Positions 9,539 to 19,236 of a stretch of DNA of 64,000 nt are shown one piece after another. Position numbers and translations under genes: made by a program. Every line of letters starts with the position of its first letter. Positions within the stretch are counted from its first letter, which is position 1. Source of the DNA: an uncultured Verrucomicrobiota bacterium (GTDB lineage Bacteria; Verrucomicrobiota; Verrucomicrobiia; Limisphaerales; UBA1319); NCBI GenBank assembly GCA_964538065.1, contig CAZIDG010000011.1:4930-68929 (forward strand). Reading direction: 5' to 3'. The notes below the pieces were generated by a model. That model searched no databases and was not told the origin of the DNA. It was given only the letters and a program-made list of their open reading frames with translations.

Positions 9539-10807
9539 ATGCCGACACCGCAACAGATTGAGAATGCATACCAACTGGCCCGCGAACGTTTCGCCGAGTG
9601 GGGAGTCAACACCGACGCCGCCATGGCACAGTTGAAAAAGGTCTCCATTTCCCTCCATTGCTGGCAGGGGGATGATGTGGGCGGTTTTGAAAACATGGGC
9701 AGCGATCTCGGTGGCGGCTTGGCGGTGACCGGCAATTATCCCGGCAAGGCTCGCACCCCGGAAGAACTGCGTGGCGATTTTCTCAAGGCCACATCCATGA
9801 TCCCCGGCAAACATCGCCTAAACCTGCATGCCTGCTATGCGGAAACCGGTGGCATCAAGGTTGATCGCAATGAAATTGGCCCTGACCAGTTCAAGAATTG
9901 GATGTCTTGGGCCAAAACCAACAAGATCGGTTTGGATTTCAATCCAACCTATTTTGCCCATCCCAATGCCTCTGAAGGCCTTACACTCTCGCACCCCAAC
10001 AAAGCCATCCGCAAATTCTGGATTGAGCACGGTATCCGTTGCCGCGAAATCGGTGCTGCCTTCGGTAAAACCCTCGGCAAGAGTTGCTTAACCAATTTGT
10101 GGATCCCGGATGGTTACAAGGATATCCCGGCAGACCGCAAAGCTCCTCGCGAACGTCTTCTGGAGTCCCTGGATGCCATTTTTGAGAAAAAGATCGATCC
10201 CAAGTTGAACGTGGATTCCGTTGAGGGCAAACTCTTTGGCATCGGTTCCGAGAGTTATGTCACCGGATCTCATGAGTTCTATCTTGGCTACGCCATTACC
10301 CGCAACAAATTGGTCACCATCGATACCGGTCACTATCATCCTACGGAATCGCCAGCCGACAAGATTTCCTCCGTCCTGACGTACCTGCCGGAGATTGCCT
10401 TGCACGTAAGCCGTGGCGTGCGCTGGGACAGCGATCACGTTGTCGTGTTGAACGATGATTTGCAAGCTCTTGCATTGGAATTGGTTCGTGGCAACTATCT
10501 CAATCGGGCACGCATTGGACTCGATTATTTCGACGCCAGCATTAACCGTGTGGCTGCCTGGGTCATTGGCACACGCTGCATGTTGAAGGCCCTGATGAAT
10601 GCCCTCTTGGAACCCGCCTCCACCTTGAAGAAAGCCGAGGCCACGGGCGACTTTACTTCGCGGTTGGCACTCATGGAAGAACTCAAGACTTTGCCCATGG
10701 GCGCCGTCTGGGATTATTATTGCCAACAGTCAGGGGTGCCGGTTGGCGAAGCCTGGCTTGCTGAAGTGAAGCAATACGAAAGTGAAGTATTGTCAAAACG
10801 CCAATAA
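9539..10807 (+). CDS. rhaA: L-rhamnose isomerase
   Basis: Full-length similarity to E. coli RhaA: '[14 protein letters not shown]', '[10 protein letters not shown]', 'LNLHA', '[14 protein letters not shown]', '[18 protein letters not shown]'. Confidence 0.92.
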   Translation: MPTPQQIENAYQLARERFAEWGVNTDAAMAQLKKVSISLHCWQGDDVGGFENMGSDLGGGLAVTGNYPGKARTPEELRGDFLKATSMIPGKHRLNLHACYAETGGIKVDRNEIGPDQFKNWMSWAKTNKIGLDFNPTYFAHPNASEGLTLSHPNKAIRKFWIEHGIRCREIGAAFGKTLGKSCLTNLWIPDGYKDIPADRKAPRERLLESLDAIFEKKIDPKLNVDSVEGKLFGIGSESYVTGSHEFYLGYAITRNKLVTIDTGHYHPTESPADKISSVLTYLPEIALHVSRGVRWDSDHVVVLNDDLQALALELVRGNYLNRARIGLDYFDASINRVAAWVIGTRCMLKALMNALLEPASTLKKAEATGDFTSRLALMEELKTLPMGAVWDYYCQQSGVPVGEAWLAEVKQYESEVLSKRQ

Positions 10808-10830
10808 AAATGTAGTCAATCCCCCATACT

Positions 10831-11997
10831 ATGACCCCGAATCCATTTCTTGGCGTTTTCTTTCACTGGCTGGGCGGCCTGGCCTCTGGCAGCTTTTACG
10901 TTCCCTACCGTTTTGTAAAAAAATGGGCGTGGGAAACCTATTGGCTTGCTGGTGGCTTCTTTAGCTGGATCATTGCTCCCTGGGTGTTGGCGTCGATTAT
11001 GACGCCGGACGTGGTGGGCGTGCTCCGCGAAGCTCCCGCCTCTTCTCTGTTTTGGTCCTATTTCTTCGGAGCCATGTGGGGTATGGGTGGCCTGACCTTT
11101 GGGTTGACCATGCGCTATCTGGGCATGTCTCTGGGTATGGCGGTGGCCCTGGGCTATTGTGCCGCGTTCGGCACGTTGATGCCGCCCCTCTTCAAGGGAA
11201 CCTTCGCTCAGGATGTTCTGGGTAAACCCTCGGGCATTGTCATTCTTATTGGCGTTGCCGTCTGTTTGCTGGGTATTGCTGTGGCCGGCATGGCGGGCAC
11301 TTCCAAGGAACGGGAAATGTCCGAAGAGGAAAAGAAGAGTGCCATTAAGGAGTTCAACTTCAAAAAGGGCATTCTGGTGGCCACGTTCTCCGGTATCATG
11401 AGTGCTGCCATGTCATATGGCCTCACCGCAGGTGAACCCATTAAACAGATCGCTCTAAAACATGGTTCCCCCGTTCTCTGGCAGGGATTGCCAGTGCTCA
11501 TTGTCGTGTTGTTCGGTGGTTTCACCACGAATTTCATCTGGTGCGTCATCCTGAACATCCGCAACAAGACTGGGTACCAATATCTGAGCTCCACTCTTCG
11601 AGTGGCTCCTCCCAAGCGCAAGGATGAAACGATCATTGAGACTGCGATTGACGCCCCCTCGGAAGAGGTGGTGGAAAACATGCCCAATCCAAAGGGCAAC
11701 GGTGAAAAAGTCCCCATGCTCACCAACTATATCTTCTGCGCCATGGCGGGAACAACCTGGTACCTCCAGTTCTTCTTCTACAGCATGGGAGAAACCCAAA
11801 TGGGTGATTACAAATTCAGCAGTTGGACACTGCACATGGCCAGCATCATCATCTTCAGCTCTTTGTGGGGCATTGCCTTGAAGGAGTGGAAGGGTTCCAG
11901 TGGCTTCACCAAATCGCTGTTGACCCTTGGTTTGGCCATCCTCGTATTCTCCACGGTTATCGTGGGTTACGGCAATTACATGGGAACCATGAAATAA
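10831..11997 (+). CDS. rhaT: L-rhamnose/proton symporter
   Basis: 'GVFFHWLGGLASGSFYVPYRFVKKWAWETYWLAGGFFSWIIAPW' closely mirrors the E. coli RhaT N-terminus. The protein is polytopic. Confidence 0.88.
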   Translation: MTPNPFLGVFFHWLGGLASGSFYVPYRFVKKWAWETYWLAGGFFSWIIAPWVLASIMTPDVVGVLREAPASSLFWSYFFGAMWGMGGLTFGLTMRYLGMSLGMAVALGYCAAFGTLMPPLFKGTFAQDVLGKPSGIVILIGVAVCLLGIAVAGMAGTSKEREMSEEEKKSAIKEFNFKKGILVATFSGIMSAAMSYGLTAGEPIKQIALKHGSPVLWQGLPVLIVVLFGGFTTNFIWCVILNIRNKTGYQYLSSTLRVAPPKRKDETIIETAIDAPSEEVVENMPNPKGNGEKVPMLTNYIFCAMAGTTWYLQFFFYSMGETQMGDYKFSSWTLHMASIIIFSSLWGIALKEWKGSSGFTKSLLTLGLAILVFSTVIVGYGNYMGTMK

Positions 11998-12045
11998 CCC
12001 GCATATCGGCGGGGCGCATTGTTTAGGGCTCTTGCCCAAACGAAT

Positions 12046-12762
12046 ATGAAGGTCTCATTGTTTATTCCATGCTTTATTGACCTTTGCTTTCCAAAGGTCG
12101 GCATCAGCATGGTCCACATTCTGGAGCGTCTGGGCCATCAGGTTGAGTGCCCGGAGGCTCCGGCTTGTTGTGGTCAACCGGCGTTCAACACTGGTTATTG
12201 GGACGAAAGTCGTGACACCGCGGTCAGAGTCATCGAACAGTACAAACACGCGGAGGTCGTCGTCATCGCCTCGGGCTCCTGTGGCACCATGCTCAAGGTC
12301 ATGTACCCTGAGTTGTTTGCCCAAACCCGGCATTATGAGGACGCCAAAGCCATGGCGGCCAAGTGCTTCGAGTTTTCGAGCTTCCTGGTTAATCGTCTGG
12401 GTGTCACCGATGTGGGAGCTCGTTTTGATGCCCGCGTCACCTTCCACGACGGCTGTCACGGCCTGCGCGAACTGGGCTGCAAACTTCCTCCTCGCGCCCT
12501 CATGGCCAAGGTCAAGGGCCTTCAGTTGGTGGAAATGGGCGCCGCCGAGACTTGTTGCGGCTTTGGCGGCACTTTCTCGGCAAAGTTCCCCATGATTTCC
12601 ACCGCCATGGGCGAGGTCAAATGCGCCTCCGCCGCAGAAACCAAGGCGGAATATATTGTTTCCAACGATTCCAGTTGCTTGATGCATCTTCAAGGTCTTC
12701 TGGATCGCCGGGGCAGCTCCCTCAAAACCATTCACCTGGCCGAAGTGCTTGCCCAATCATGA
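12046..12762 (+). CDS. lutA: L-lactate utilization protein LutA ((Fe-S)-binding, CCG-domain oxidoreductase)
   Basis: 'MKVSLFIPCFID' start and two CCG-type cysteine motifs ('PACCGQPAFN', 'ETCCGFGGTF'). The track ORF starts at 12019; ATG 12046 gives the canonical N-terminus. Confidence 0.85.
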   Translation: MKVSLFIPCFIDLCFPKVGISMVHILERLGHQVECPEAPACCGQPAFNTGYWDESRDTAVRVIEQYKHAEVVVIASGSCGTMLKVMYPELFAQTRHYEDAKAMAAKCFEFSSFLVNRLGVTDVGARFDARVTFHDGCHGLRELGCKLPPRALMAKVKGLQLVEMGAAETCCGFGGTFSAKFPMISTAMGEVKCASAAETKAEYIVSNDSSCLMHLQGLLDRRGSSLKTIHLAEVLAQS

Positions 12763-14150
12763 ACGCCGCTCAACAATTTAAAAAACAGGCCACGGTCATT
12801 ACCGCCGATTTACGTCACCGCCAGTTGGTCCAGACCGCTCTCGGTAAATACGAGGTCAAACGGGACGAAAACAAGGGTCTCTTTAAGGACTGGCAGGGTG
12901 CTCGCAAGCTGGCTGCAGAAACCAAGTGGAACGCCATCAATCACCTCGATAAACATCTTGAGGAGTTCGCTCAGAAGCTCGAGGCTCGAGGCGCCAAAGT
13001 CCATTGGGCAAGTAACGGTGAGCATGCACGCCAGATCATCATCAAGATCATCAAGGATCGTCAGGCTCACTCGGTCATCAAGTCCAAGTCCATGACCTCC
13101 GAGGAAATTCACCTCAATGATGCCCTCGAAAGAGAAGGCTTCGAGGTGGTCGAATCGGATTTGGGCGAGTTCATCGTCCAACTGCGTCAGGAGCCGCCTT
13201 ATCATATCGTCTTCCCGGCCATGCACTTAACCCGGGATGAGATCAGCCGGTTGTTTTCGGATAAGCTGCACAGCGCACCGACCAATAGCCCTGAAGAGCT
13301 GACGATGATCGCCCGGCGTGTTTTGCGTCAAAAATACATCAAGGCCGATATCGGCATTACGGGGGCCAATTTTGGCGTGGCTGAAACGGGCATGGTATCC
13401 GTGACGGAAAATGAAGGCAATTCGCGACTTACAGCGGCTTTGCCCAAAACCATGATTACCCTGATGGGTATTGAGAAGGTGATTCCTCGTCTCGAAGACC
13501 TGGCCCTCTTCCTGCCCATGCTGGCAACCGTCGGGGCTGGACAGCTTATCACCGGTTACAACACCATGTACGGTGGTCCACGTCAGAAAGACGAAGTGGA
13601 TGGACCGGAGGAATTCCATGTTGTTCTACTGGATAACCGGCGCACCACTTTGCTTGCCGACGCTGAACAGCGTGACTCCTTGCATTGCATCCGCTGCGGT
13701 GGCTGCTTGAACGTCTGCCCCATTTACCGAAATATCGGTGGTCATACCTATAATACCACCTATTGTGGTCCGATTGGGGCGGTTCTGACCCCCCACTTCA
13801 AGGATCTGCAGGAATGGAAGCATCTCGCCTACAGCAGCTCCCTCTGCGGTGCCTGTAGTGAAACATGTCCCGTTAAGATCAACTTGCACCACAATCTGTT
13901 GCGCACCCGTCGCAATAGTTCGGTCCAGAAACCCATCTGGTGGCAAAAGATCGCATTCAAGCTGTTTGCACCTGTTGCCAACAGCAAGTTCCTTTGGTCC
14001 ATGGTCACCATATTCGGACGGATCGGCCAAAAATTCCATCCCCTGGTCAAAGGCACCAAACTTGATCCTGCCTATGCCTGGACCAAGACACGCGAAACAC
14101 CCCCCATCGCGTCACAGTCATTCAAAGAATGGTGGAGGGCACGCAAATGA
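12759..14150 (+). CDS. lutB: L-lactate utilization protein LutB (4Fe-4S, LUD domain)
   Basis: ATG 12759 overlaps the lutA stop (ATGA). It has 'CIRCGGCLNVCPIY' and 'LCGACSETCPVKI' ferredoxin-type motifs. The track extension back to 12552 lies in another frame over lutA and was rejected. Confidence 0.9.
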   Translation: MNAAQQFKKQATVITADLRHRQLVQTALGKYEVKRDENKGLFKDWQGARKLAAETKWNAINHLDKHLEEFAQKLEARGAKVHWASNGEHARQIIIKIIKDRQAHSVIKSKSMTSEEIHLNDALEREGFEVVESDLGEFIVQLRQEPPYHIVFPAMHLTRDEISRLFSDKLHSAPTNSPEELTMIARRVLRQKYIKADIGITGANFGVAETGMVSVTENEGNSRLTAALPKTMITLMGIEKVIPRLEDLALFLPMLATVGAGQLITGYNTMYGGPRQKDEVDGPEEFHVVLLDNRRTTLLADAEQRDSLHCIRCGGCLNVCPIYRNIGGHTYNTTYCGPIGAVLTPHFKDLQEWKHLAYSSSLCGACSETCPVKINLHHNLLRTRRNSSVQKPIWWQKIAFKLFAPVANSKFLWSMVTIFGRIGQKFHPLVKGTKLDPAYAWTKTRETPPIASQSFKEWWRARK

Positions 14151-14815
14151 GTGATCAACAAAACATCCTTGGTCTTATCCGCGAAGCCCTTGCTGTTCCC
14201 GCTCCAAAACCGGGAGCGCATGGGACTCCTGATTCACATCCTCAATCCATAGCCGACGTGCTGCCCCCGGCCGCTGTTGACTTGGATGCCCGGATCAAAC
14301 AGTTCCAGGCCAATGCCACCGGGCTTAAGGCGGATTTCGTTTTTGCGGAAAGTGAAGCTGCCGCAGTCCTTAAACTAAAGGAAATCGCTCAAAAGGAAGG
14401 GTGGAAAAAGGTCGCCACCCATCACAGCGCCCTGTGCGAGTCCGCCGCCAATGCCTTGGGCCTTCCAGTATTCGTCACCGCTCCGAATTACACGGTTGGC
14501 GATCTGGAAACCTGCGATGCGGGTTTGACCGAGTGCGATGCCTTGGTGGCCCAAACCGGCAGCGTGCTGGTAACCAGCCGCAGCACGGGAGGACGCGCCC
14601 TTACGGTCCTGCCGCCACACCATGTTGTGCTGGCTCGTAAGGAGCAGATCATCAGCAGTTTACCTGATGCCTTTAAGCTGGTTAAGGATAAATATGGCTC
14701 CGATTACCCCAGCATGATTTCCTTTATTACCGGTCCCAGTCGGACGGGGGATATTGAACGCATCCTGGTCCTGGGCGCCCATGGCCCCAAGAAACTGACC
14801 ATCATCTGTTTCTAA
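14147..14815 (+). CDS. lutC: L-lactate utilization protein LutC (LUD domain)
   Basis: ATG 14147 overlaps the lutB stop (ATGA). The size, the position after lutAB and the C-terminal 'GPSRTGDIE' are typical of the LutC/YkgG family. Confidence 0.8.
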   Translation: MSDQQNILGLIREALAVPAPKPGAHGTPDSHPQSIADVLPPAAVDLDARIKQFQANATGLKADFVFAESEAAAVLKLKEIAQKEGWKKVATHHSALCESAANALGLPVFVTAPNYTVGDLETCDAGLTECDALVAQTGSVLVTSRSTGGRALTVLPPHHVVLARKEQIISSLPDAFKLVKDKYGSDYPSMISFITGPSRTGDIERILVLGAHGPKKLTIICF

Positions 14816-14839
14816 AACGGCCGGATTTTTACCGTGATT

Positions 14840-14877
14840 GCGTGTGGCGGGCTCATCCCGCCGCACGCATTTTCTTG
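14840..14877 (+). terminator. Rho-independent terminator after lutC
   Basis: 12-bp GC-rich stem GCGTGTGGCGGG / CCCGCCGCACGC (one G-U pair) with loop CTCAT, followed by ATTTTCTTG. Confidence 0.7.
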
Positions 14878-14918
14878 TCGCTTTGGCTTGCCTGTAAACG
14901 CCAGACCGTTTTAATGCT

Positions 14919-17174
14919 TTGAATCGTGTTATGGAATCACAAGCTGACACAAAACTGACTCAACCGTTGCGCACCCTGCCTGGGGACGATGTCCGGCAGA
15001 TCATGTGGCGTTTTGCGGACCGTTATGATCTGGCCATGCTCGTCCAATCCGTGCGAGCGGTGGCCCGTGGCCCCGTGGCTCAATTGGTGGCCCATGGCGC
15101 CCGAAATTCCCATGATTGGACCTCTGAAAAGAACAGCTTGCTTTCAGTCTATGATGAATCAGGCATCAGCGCCGTGTTTCTTGATCCCAGCCAGGGCGGC
15201 TTCATTGAAGGCCCCAAGAACCTGGCCTTGGCGCTGGTAGCCTTTGAATTAGCCTGGGTGGATGCCGGCGCTGCCACAGGCAGCCTCGCTGGCAACCTGG
15301 GCCTGGCCCCCATCCACGAGCGGGGCACCCCAGAGCAGCGCAACACCTACTTGTCCCGTTGCGCCCCGGTCAAACCGGGCGAAGACCGCAAAGCCGAACG
15401 TGCTGCGTTTGCGCTGACCGAACCCCTCCCCTTTGTGGGTGTGGAAACCGGCCTTCTGAGCGGCAAGGTCCGCGTTGCTGAGTGGCCTGAAGGCGGCGAA
15501 CCCATTCTCCAGGTCGATAAACGCGGACGTTTTATCACCAACATGGGCTTTGCCAACATCGTGACCGTGGCCGTGGAATCCAACGACCCTCGCATCAAGG
15601 GCAGTTGCATGATCATTCTTGAAGAAAATGATCCCGGCTTGTTCGATCGCGGTGCCGCCACCAAGAAACTGGTGCATCAGCTTTCTTCGACATGTGATCC
15701 CGTTTTCAGCCAGCGGGTGCCCGCCAGCCGCATCATTGGGGGCTACACGGTCAAGGACGGTGTCATTATCCCCAAGTATGACCACAGCGACGTCATCGAA
15801 GCCGTCTTCCGTCATACACGGGTGACCGTGGGTCTCATGACCTCAGCCAAATTGCTATCGGCTGTGGAACCGGTCATCCGCTATCAGCGCAGCCGTTTCC
15901 GTGGCGGCGAAAGCGGTGATCATGGCTCGCCTCGATATGAATTGGGGCTTCAAACCAAGCAGGATGTCCTGCATCGATTGGTCGATGTTTGGTCCACCGG
16001 TGAGGCCAGTGCATCCCTGGGTTTTGCAGCCGCACGCATCTTCGACGAACTGGAACCTTTGGATAAATACAAGGAACAGTACTTTACAGAGCAGAAGATT
16101 GAAGGCGGCAGGGCTCAGTTTAAAGCCCTGGGCAAATTGCAGAAGGAGGCCATCGAGCTGCTCGCCCTTGAAAACAAGCCTGTCACAGAACGTGATCAGC
16201 AGCATTACGAGGCGCTCAAGCAGAACAAGATGCTTCAGTATGTCATGCTCGATTCCCAAGCCAGCGTTCTCTGTCCGGCGTGCAAGCTTTGGAATACCGG
16301 CTACGGTGCGACCATGATGCGCGAAGCTGTCAGCCTCATGGGTGGCTATGGCATTACCGAAGATTGTCCAGGATTCCTGGGACACAAATGGATGGACGCC
16401 CAACTCGAAGCGACTTACGAAGGGCCCGAAGCCGTCCAGCGCCGCCAGTTAAGCGTCACCATGGTGAATGAGCTGTTCCTGGCTCAATTCCAGCAATGGA
16501 TTGCTGACATGCGTGAGATCGCTTCAAAGAAGCCTGGCACAGGTGCTTGCACACTTGCCACCGCCATGCAGCTTTGGTTGTGGACCTTGAACCACTTGCA
16601 AAAAACAACGGATGCCAACGGAGCCAAGCTCTATCATGGCAACCGCCAGGGTGTCACCTTCCCGCTTGCAGACGCTCTGTGCTGGCTGCTCGCAGCCCGC
16701 TCCTTGGTTTTGGACATCCTTGAATTGGAAACCAAGGGTGCGTCCAATCCCGTTGTGGCCGAAAACCTTGAAGGCGTGGTCGGCTTTATGAGCGATCTCA
16801 GCCACGTGCATGCTGCCAGGGCAGCAGGTGAGGTTGGACGTATTTGCGCTGAATTAGTCCACGGTTACAATCGCCATCCCGCTTGGGATCAAGCGAGTTG
16901 CGGGGCATGCTACAACGCCGAATCGCTGGATGTGCTTGAAGGCATCATTCCAGGCATTGCCAGTTCGGCGCGGACCAGTTCCGATGTCTCGGAATCGGGT
17001 CAGGCACATCCTGCCAAAGCCGGTCCCTGTGTCCAATTTTCAGGACTGGAGGCATTTGCGCGTTTGCGTTTGAAACTGGATGGCTGTCTCACGGGCTCAC
17101 GCCTGGCCAAGGATCGCGCGGCCGATGGGCTGACCAAGGTCATGATTCCAGAAGCCCTGGATTACCCCGTTTAA
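14919..17174 (+). CDS. Large acyl-CoA dehydrogenase family protein (751 aa, with insertions and a C-terminal extension)
   Basis: ACAD-like N-terminal, beta and C-terminal domains: 'FALTEP..G..', 'MREAVSLMGGYGITEDCP..', and 'QLEATYEGPEAVQRRQLS', which matches the YEGTxEIQR catalytic-base region. About 240 aa of extra C-terminal helices. Alt start ATG 14931. Confidence 0.75.
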   Translation: MNRVMESQADTKLTQPLRTLPGDDVRQIMWRFADRYDLAMLVQSVRAVARGPVAQLVAHGARNSHDWTSEKNSLLSVYDESGISAVFLDPSQGGFIEGPKNLALALVAFELAWVDAGAATGSLAGNLGLAPIHERGTPEQRNTYLSRCAPVKPGEDRKAERAAFALTEPLPFVGVETGLLSGKVRVAEWPEGGEPILQVDKRGRFITNMGFANIVTVAVESNDPRIKGSCMIILEENDPGLFDRGAATKKLVHQLSSTCDPVFSQRVPASRIIGGYTVKDGVIIPKYDHSDVIEAVFRHTRVTVGLMTSAKLLSAVEPVIRYQRSRFRGGESGDHGSPRYELGLQTKQDVLHRLVDVWSTGEASASLGFAAARIFDELEPLDKYKEQYFTEQKIEGGRAQFKALGKLQKEAIELLALENKPVTERDQQHYEALKQNKMLQYVMLDSQASVLCPACKLWNTGYGATMMREAVSLMGGYGITEDCPGFLGHKWMDAQLEATYEGPEAVQRRQLSVTMVNELFLAQFQQWIADMREIASKKPGTGACTLATAMQLWLWTLNHLQKTTDANGAKLYHGNRQGVTFPLADALCWLLAARSLVLDILELETKGASNPVVAENLEGVVGFMSDLSHVHAARAAGEVGRICAELVHGYNRHPAWDQASCGACYNAESLDVLEGIIPGIASSARTSSDVSESGQAHPAKAGPCVQFSGLEAFARLRLKLDGCLTGSRLAKDRAADGLTKVMIPEALDYPV

Positions 17175-17175
17175 C

Positions 17176-19053
17176 ATGTCGTCATCCAATTCCGATTTGA
17201 ACTCGGCGGATATCAACCGTCAGAGAATGGACGTGGACATCGTGTGCGTGGGTTTCGGCCCAGCCACAGGTGGTTTCCTCACCACCCTGTCCCGCAACAT
17301 GATGAAGGAAGATGGCACCCCGGCGCTGGAAAGCCCAGCGAACCCGGGTCAGCCATTACAAGTCCTTTGTTATGAACGAGCGGACGACCTGGGCTTCGGG
17401 GTGTCTGGCGTCGTCACAAAAGGTCGCAGCATCAAGGAAAGCTTTTCAGAAGCTGACTTGGCCCAAATCCCCATGTCGGCCCCTGTCAGCCAGGAAAAAG
17501 TGGTTTACCTGCTCGATCCAGTCGGGGCCAGTCGGCGAACGGCCATGCTGAAGCTGGGCGACAGCCTGATCAAGGGGTTCAAATGGGCTTTGCCCTATGA
17601 ATTGGATGCCTTGGAATTGCCTCTGACACCCGCATTCCTTCACAAAACCGGGGGAATGGTGATGTCGATGGGCCAATTCAACCAATGGGTTGGCACGCAA
17701 TTGATGGGCACTGGTTTGGTCCAACTGTGGCCGGGCACACCTGTCAAACAAGCGTTGATTGAAGGCAATGCAGTGAAAGGCGTTCGCCTTTCGGATCAGG
17801 GAACCGACAAGCAAGGGCATCCAGGCGATGGGTTCATGGCTGGGATGGACGTCGGTGCCGCACTCACCGTGGTTGGGGATGGTCCTGTTGGAGCGATTGG
17901 CCAGCAATTGGATGAACATTTTGGGCTGCCCGAAGGCCACCATATGCATGAGTGGGCCGTGGGCATGAAAATGGTCATCGATCTGCCTTCAGACACTTCT
18001 TTGAAACCAGGCACGGTGTTCCACACCTTTGGCTTCCCTGAGCCAGAAATCTTCGGTTTCTTTTACGTCCATCCCGGAAATGTGGTGTCAGTCGGTATTT
18101 TCGTACCTTCCTGGTTCGATAATCCTGTGCGCACATCGTATCGCTACCTGCAGCACTGGATGCTTCACCCCTACTTGTGGCGTTACCTTAAAGGCGGTCG
18201 ACTTCGTTCCTGGGGCGCCAAAACCCTTCAGGAATCGGGACGTCGGGGTGAACCCCACCTGGTGGGCGATGGCTTTGCCCGTATCGGCGAAGGATCCGGC
18301 AGCACCAATGTGCTCACGGGGTCCGGCGTGGATGAAGCCTGGGCTACTGGAGCGCAATTAGCCCAGGGTGTCATCGAACTCCTCAAGGAAAAGAAACCGT
18401 TTACTCGCGAAAACCTCGAAAACGCCTATATTCGTCGCCGTCGCGCCAGCTGGGTTGAAAGTGAAGGACGTGTGGCCGAGAAGTCGCGTGATGGTTTCCA
18501 GCGTGGTGTATTGACCGGCATGATTGGCATGGCCCTCACCGGCCTTTCCAAGGGATTGATATCCATCAGCGGCAAACCGATGCCTCCCTACAAACGAATT
18601 CCCTCCCTGGAAGATTATTACCGGGGCAGAATATCCGCCGACGAAATTCGCGAAATCCGGAAAAAATGCGACGCACAAGGAATATCTGCGCATGCGGCGC
18701 TGATGGAACGTGTTGGGTGGCCGGCAATACCCTACGATGGCCAACTGCTGGTTTCACAGCAGGATGCCTTGCTGATGGGTGGCAAGGTGCAAGCCCCTCC
18801 GGGCTATGCCGACCACGTTCTTTTCCTTAATCCCTCTCTCTGTGAGCGTTGCGGAGCGCGCACCTGCATCGAGGTATGCTCAGGACAAGCCATTACACCA
18901 GGACCAAACGGATTGCCTGCGTTCGATCGTGAAAAATGTGTCCACTGTGGCGCCTGTCTCTGGAATTGCGCCCAACCGATCAAGGAAGGGTCCGAACACG
19001 CGAATATTTCCTTCCAATCCGGAGCGGGCGGTCTTCATTCCGCCGAAAACTAA
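17176..19053 (+). CDS. Electron-transfer flavoprotein:quinone oxidoreductase-like (FixC-type flavoprotein with C-terminal Fe-S domain)
   Basis: Starts 1 nt after the ACAD stop. It has the FAD dinucleotide fold 'DIVCVGFGPATGGFL'. The C-terminal 'CERCGARTCIEVC' plus 'EKCVHCGACLWNCAQP..SGAGGLHSAEN' resembles the ETF-QO C-terminus. Confidence 0.8.
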   Translation: MSSSNSDLNSADINRQRMDVDIVCVGFGPATGGFLTTLSRNMMKEDGTPALESPANPGQPLQVLCYERADDLGFGVSGVVTKGRSIKESFSEADLAQIPMSAPVSQEKVVYLLDPVGASRRTAMLKLGDSLIKGFKWALPYELDALELPLTPAFLHKTGGMVMSMGQFNQWVGTQLMGTGLVQLWPGTPVKQALIEGNAVKGVRLSDQGTDKQGHPGDGFMAGMDVGAALTVVGDGPVGAIGQQLDEHFGLPEGHHMHEWAVGMKMVIDLPSDTSLKPGTVFHTFGFPEPEIFGFFYVHPGNVVSVGIFVPSWFDNPVRTSYRYLQHWMLHPYLWRYLKGGRLRSWGAKTLQESGRRGEPHLVGDGFARIGEGSGSTNVLTGSGVDEAWATGAQLAQGVIELLKEKKPFTRENLENAYIRRRRASWVESEGRVAEKSRDGFQRGVLTGMIGMALTGLSKGLISISGKPMPPYKRIPSLEDYYRGRISADEIREIRKKCDAQGISAHAALMERVGWPAIPYDGQLLVSQQDALLMGGKVQAPPGYADHVLFLNPSLCERCGARTCIEVCSGQAITPGPNGLPAFDREKCVHCGACLWNCAQPIKEGSEHANISFQSGAGGLHSAEN

Positions 19054-19087
19054 CCGGCAGATTCAAGTCGTTCTTTGAATGATTTCC

Positions 19088-19121
19088 ATGCGCGTTGGCG
19101 AGGCCAACGCGCATTGTTTTT
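19088..19121 (+). terminator. Rho-independent terminator after the ETF-QO gene
   Basis: Perfect 12-bp stem ATGCGCGTTGGC / GCCAACGCGCAT with a 3-nt loop, followed by TGTTTTT. Confidence 0.85.
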
Positions 19122-19174
19122 ATCCTGCTGGAACCATTCGCTCCCTGTTTTCAGGGGATCCCATTAAATTCAAA

Positions 19175-19205
19175 AGCGCCTGAAGGCCAAAGCCATTCAG
19201 GCGCT
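19175..19205 (-). terminator. Terminator hairpin downstream of the DUF1559 gene (minus strand)
   Basis: 10-bp stem AGCGCCTGAA / TTCAGGCGCT. On the minus strand it is followed by TTTGAATTT, about 30 nt after the stop at 19237. Confidence 0.65.
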
Positions 19206-19236
19206 CTCATATGCTATTTGGTTTTAGGAGGGCAAA

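Noticed and set aside
12552-12758. Upstream extension of the lutB ORF (track start 12552), and similar 5' extensions of etfB (20356), the ABM gene (22238), UbiA (58487), Nudix (58398) and the 734-aa ORF (4482).
   Set aside because: The extensions overlap the preceding or divergent gene in another frame and add non-homologous, low-complexity N-termini. Internal ATGs restore canonical family N-termini and ATGA-type coupling.
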